Origin: Escherichia coli
GTDB taxonomy: Bacteria; Pseudomonadota; Gammaproteobacteria; Enterobacterales; Enterobacteriaceae
Assembly (NCBI RefSeq): GCF_003334255.1
Contig: NZ_QOWU01000222.1
Strand: one strand, 5' to 3'
DNA length: 573 nucleotides
The position numbers were made by a program, and so were the translations under genes. Below, one piece after another: positions 1-573 of the stretch (positions within the stretch are counted from its first letter, which is position 1; each line of letters starts with the position of its first letter). The notes beneath the pieces are model-generated. The model was not told the DNA's origin. It saw only the letters and a list, made by a program, of their open reading frames with translations, and searched no databases.

Positions 1-372
1 GCAGTGCTGGATGCACTCGAGCAGCATGAACACGGGGCGACGCTGTTTGATGGTCGCCCCGTTGTTTTTGACGAAGAGGATTTTCCTGCGATCGCGGTTT
101 ATCTGACGGATGCAGAGTATACCGGTGAAGAGCTGGATGCAGATACCTGGCGGGCCACACTGCATATTGAGGTGTTTTTACCGGCACAGGTACCTGATTC
201 GGAGCTCGATCAGTGGATGGAAAGCCGGATTTATCCGGCGATGACTGCGATCCCGGCACTGGCAGGACTGATTACCACGATGGTTACGCAGGGCTATGAG
301 TATCGTCGTGATGACGATATGGCGTTATGGAGCTCTGCGGATCTGACTTATTCCATTACATACGAGATGTGA
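1..372 (+). CDS. U: Phage tail terminator protein (lambda gpU family, tail tube terminator / head-tail joining), 5'-partial; C-terminal ~123 codons plus TGA stop at 370-372
   Basis: The frame is open from position 1 (gca = Ala) to TGA at 370-372. The translation [123 protein letters not shown] matches, from memory, the C-terminal bulk of lambda gpU (~131 aa), including the motifs GATx[44 protein letters not shown] and the terminal [14 protein letters not shown]. The 'M' at position 4 in the ORF track is an internal GTG (Val) codon; the real start is a few codons upstream of the window. Its position directly upstream of a gpV-like gene matches the lambda order Z-U-V-G-T. Confidence 0.92.
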   Translation, partial: AVLDALEQHEHGATLFDGRPVVFDEEDFPAIAVYLTDAEYTGEELDADTWRATLHIEVFLPAQVPDSELDQWMESRIYPAMTAIPALAGLITTMVTQGYEYRRDDDMALWSSADLTYSITYEM

Positions 373-375
373 GGA
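371..375 (+). promoter_or_regulatory. Shine-Dalgarno ribosome-binding site (GAGGA) for the downstream major tail protein gene, overlapping the stop codon of the upstream gene
   Basis: GAGGA lies at 371-375, with a 4-nt spacer (cgat) before ATG at 380-382. The motif overlaps the last two bases of the TGA stop (370-372), an arrangement typical of translationally coupled phage structural genes. Confidence 0.6.
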
Positions 376-379
376 CGAT

Positions 380-573
380 ATGGCAACACCAAATCCCCTG
401 GAGCCGGTAAAAGGTGCCGGTACCACTCTGTGGGTTTACAACGGCAAGGGTGATGCTTATGCAAACCCGTTGTCAGACGATGACTGGCAGCGACTGGCTA
501 AGGTGAAGGATCTGACGCCGGGCGAGATGACGGCAGAATCCTACGATGATAACTACCTGGATGATGAAGACGC
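380..573 (+). CDS. V: Major tail tube protein (lambda gpV family), 3'-partial; N-terminal 64 codons, continuing beyond the window
   Basis: ATG at 380-382 is preceded by the GAGGA SD. The frame is open to the window edge (last complete codon 569-571, then 'gc'). The translation [64 protein letters not shown] closely matches, from memory, the N-terminus of lambda gpV ([42 protein letters not shown]). It is absent from the supplied ORF track because there is no in-window stop. Confidence 0.92.
   Translation, partial: MATPNPLEPVKGAGTTLWVYNGKGDAYANPLSDDDWQRLAKVKDLTPGEMTAESYDDNYLDDED

Noticed and set aside
88-95. GCGATCGC 8-bp palindrome, plus five GATC (Dam) sites in the window (90-93, 208-211, 249-252, 340-343, 509-512), somewhat above the roughly 2 expected by chance
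   Set aside because: All lie inside coding sequence and are explained by codon choice for Asp-Leu, Ile-Ala, Ile-Pro and Ser-Ile motifs. Five sites in 573 bp is not a statistically convincing enrichment, and nothing else supports a regulatory methylation cluster.
338-346. 9-bp direct repeat ggatctgac at 338-346 and 508-516
   Set aside because: Both copies encode a D-L-T tripeptide in unrelated proteins (ADLTY in U, KDLTP in V). A single short coincidental repeat is not an att site, an inverted-repeat terminus or a CRISPR repeat.
373-379. Possible transcription terminator or promoter in the U-V intergenic spacer
   Set aside because: The spacer is only 7 nt and is occupied by the SD. There is no GC-rich hairpin followed by a T-tract and no -35/-10 spacing. 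The late tail genes are expected to be co-transcribed.
16-424. Several 6-bp palindromic restriction-type sites: CTCGAG at 16-21, GAGCTC at 202-207 and 330-335, GGTACC at 419-424
   Set aside because: These are incidental short palindromes within coding sequence, with no extended dyad symmetry to suggest operator or protein-binding sites.
1-573. Antisense or overlapping small ORFs, or a hidden novel system such as defence, toxin-antitoxin or anti-CRISPR
   Set aside because: The six-frame track shows no substantial ORF on the minus strand or in alternate plus frames. Both coding frames are accounted for by conserved structural proteins, leaving no room for an additional system.
540-573. Acidic low-complexity stretch [10 protein letters not shown] at the end of the V fragment
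   Set aside because: This acidic patch is present in canonical lambda gpV at the same position, so it is a conserved feature of the tail tube N-terminal domain, not an insertion or novelty.

Overview
This 573-bp window is the junction between two adjacent tail-morphogenesis genes of a lambda-like (lambdoid) siphovirus or prophage, both on the + strand. Positions 1-372 encode the C-terminal ~123 residues of a tail terminator protein (lambda gpU family), with its start upstream of the window. After a 7-nt spacer containing a GAGGA Shine-Dalgarno, positions 380-573 encode the first 64 residues of the major tail tube protein (lambda gpV family), which runs off the 3' edge. The second ORF is missing from the supplied ORF track only because it has no in-window stop. 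I see no RNA genes, CRISPR repeats, mobile-element ends or substantial antisense ORFs. Despite the prompt's suggestion, nothing here supports a novel or undescribed system: this is a conserved, well-characterised structural-gene junction. The only mildly interesting points are the tight translational coupling at the junction and the scattered divergence from canonical lambda, consistent with a mosaic lambdoid prophage, probably in an Enterobacteriaceae host. Family assignments rest on my recollection of the lambda gpU and gpV sequences, not on a database search.
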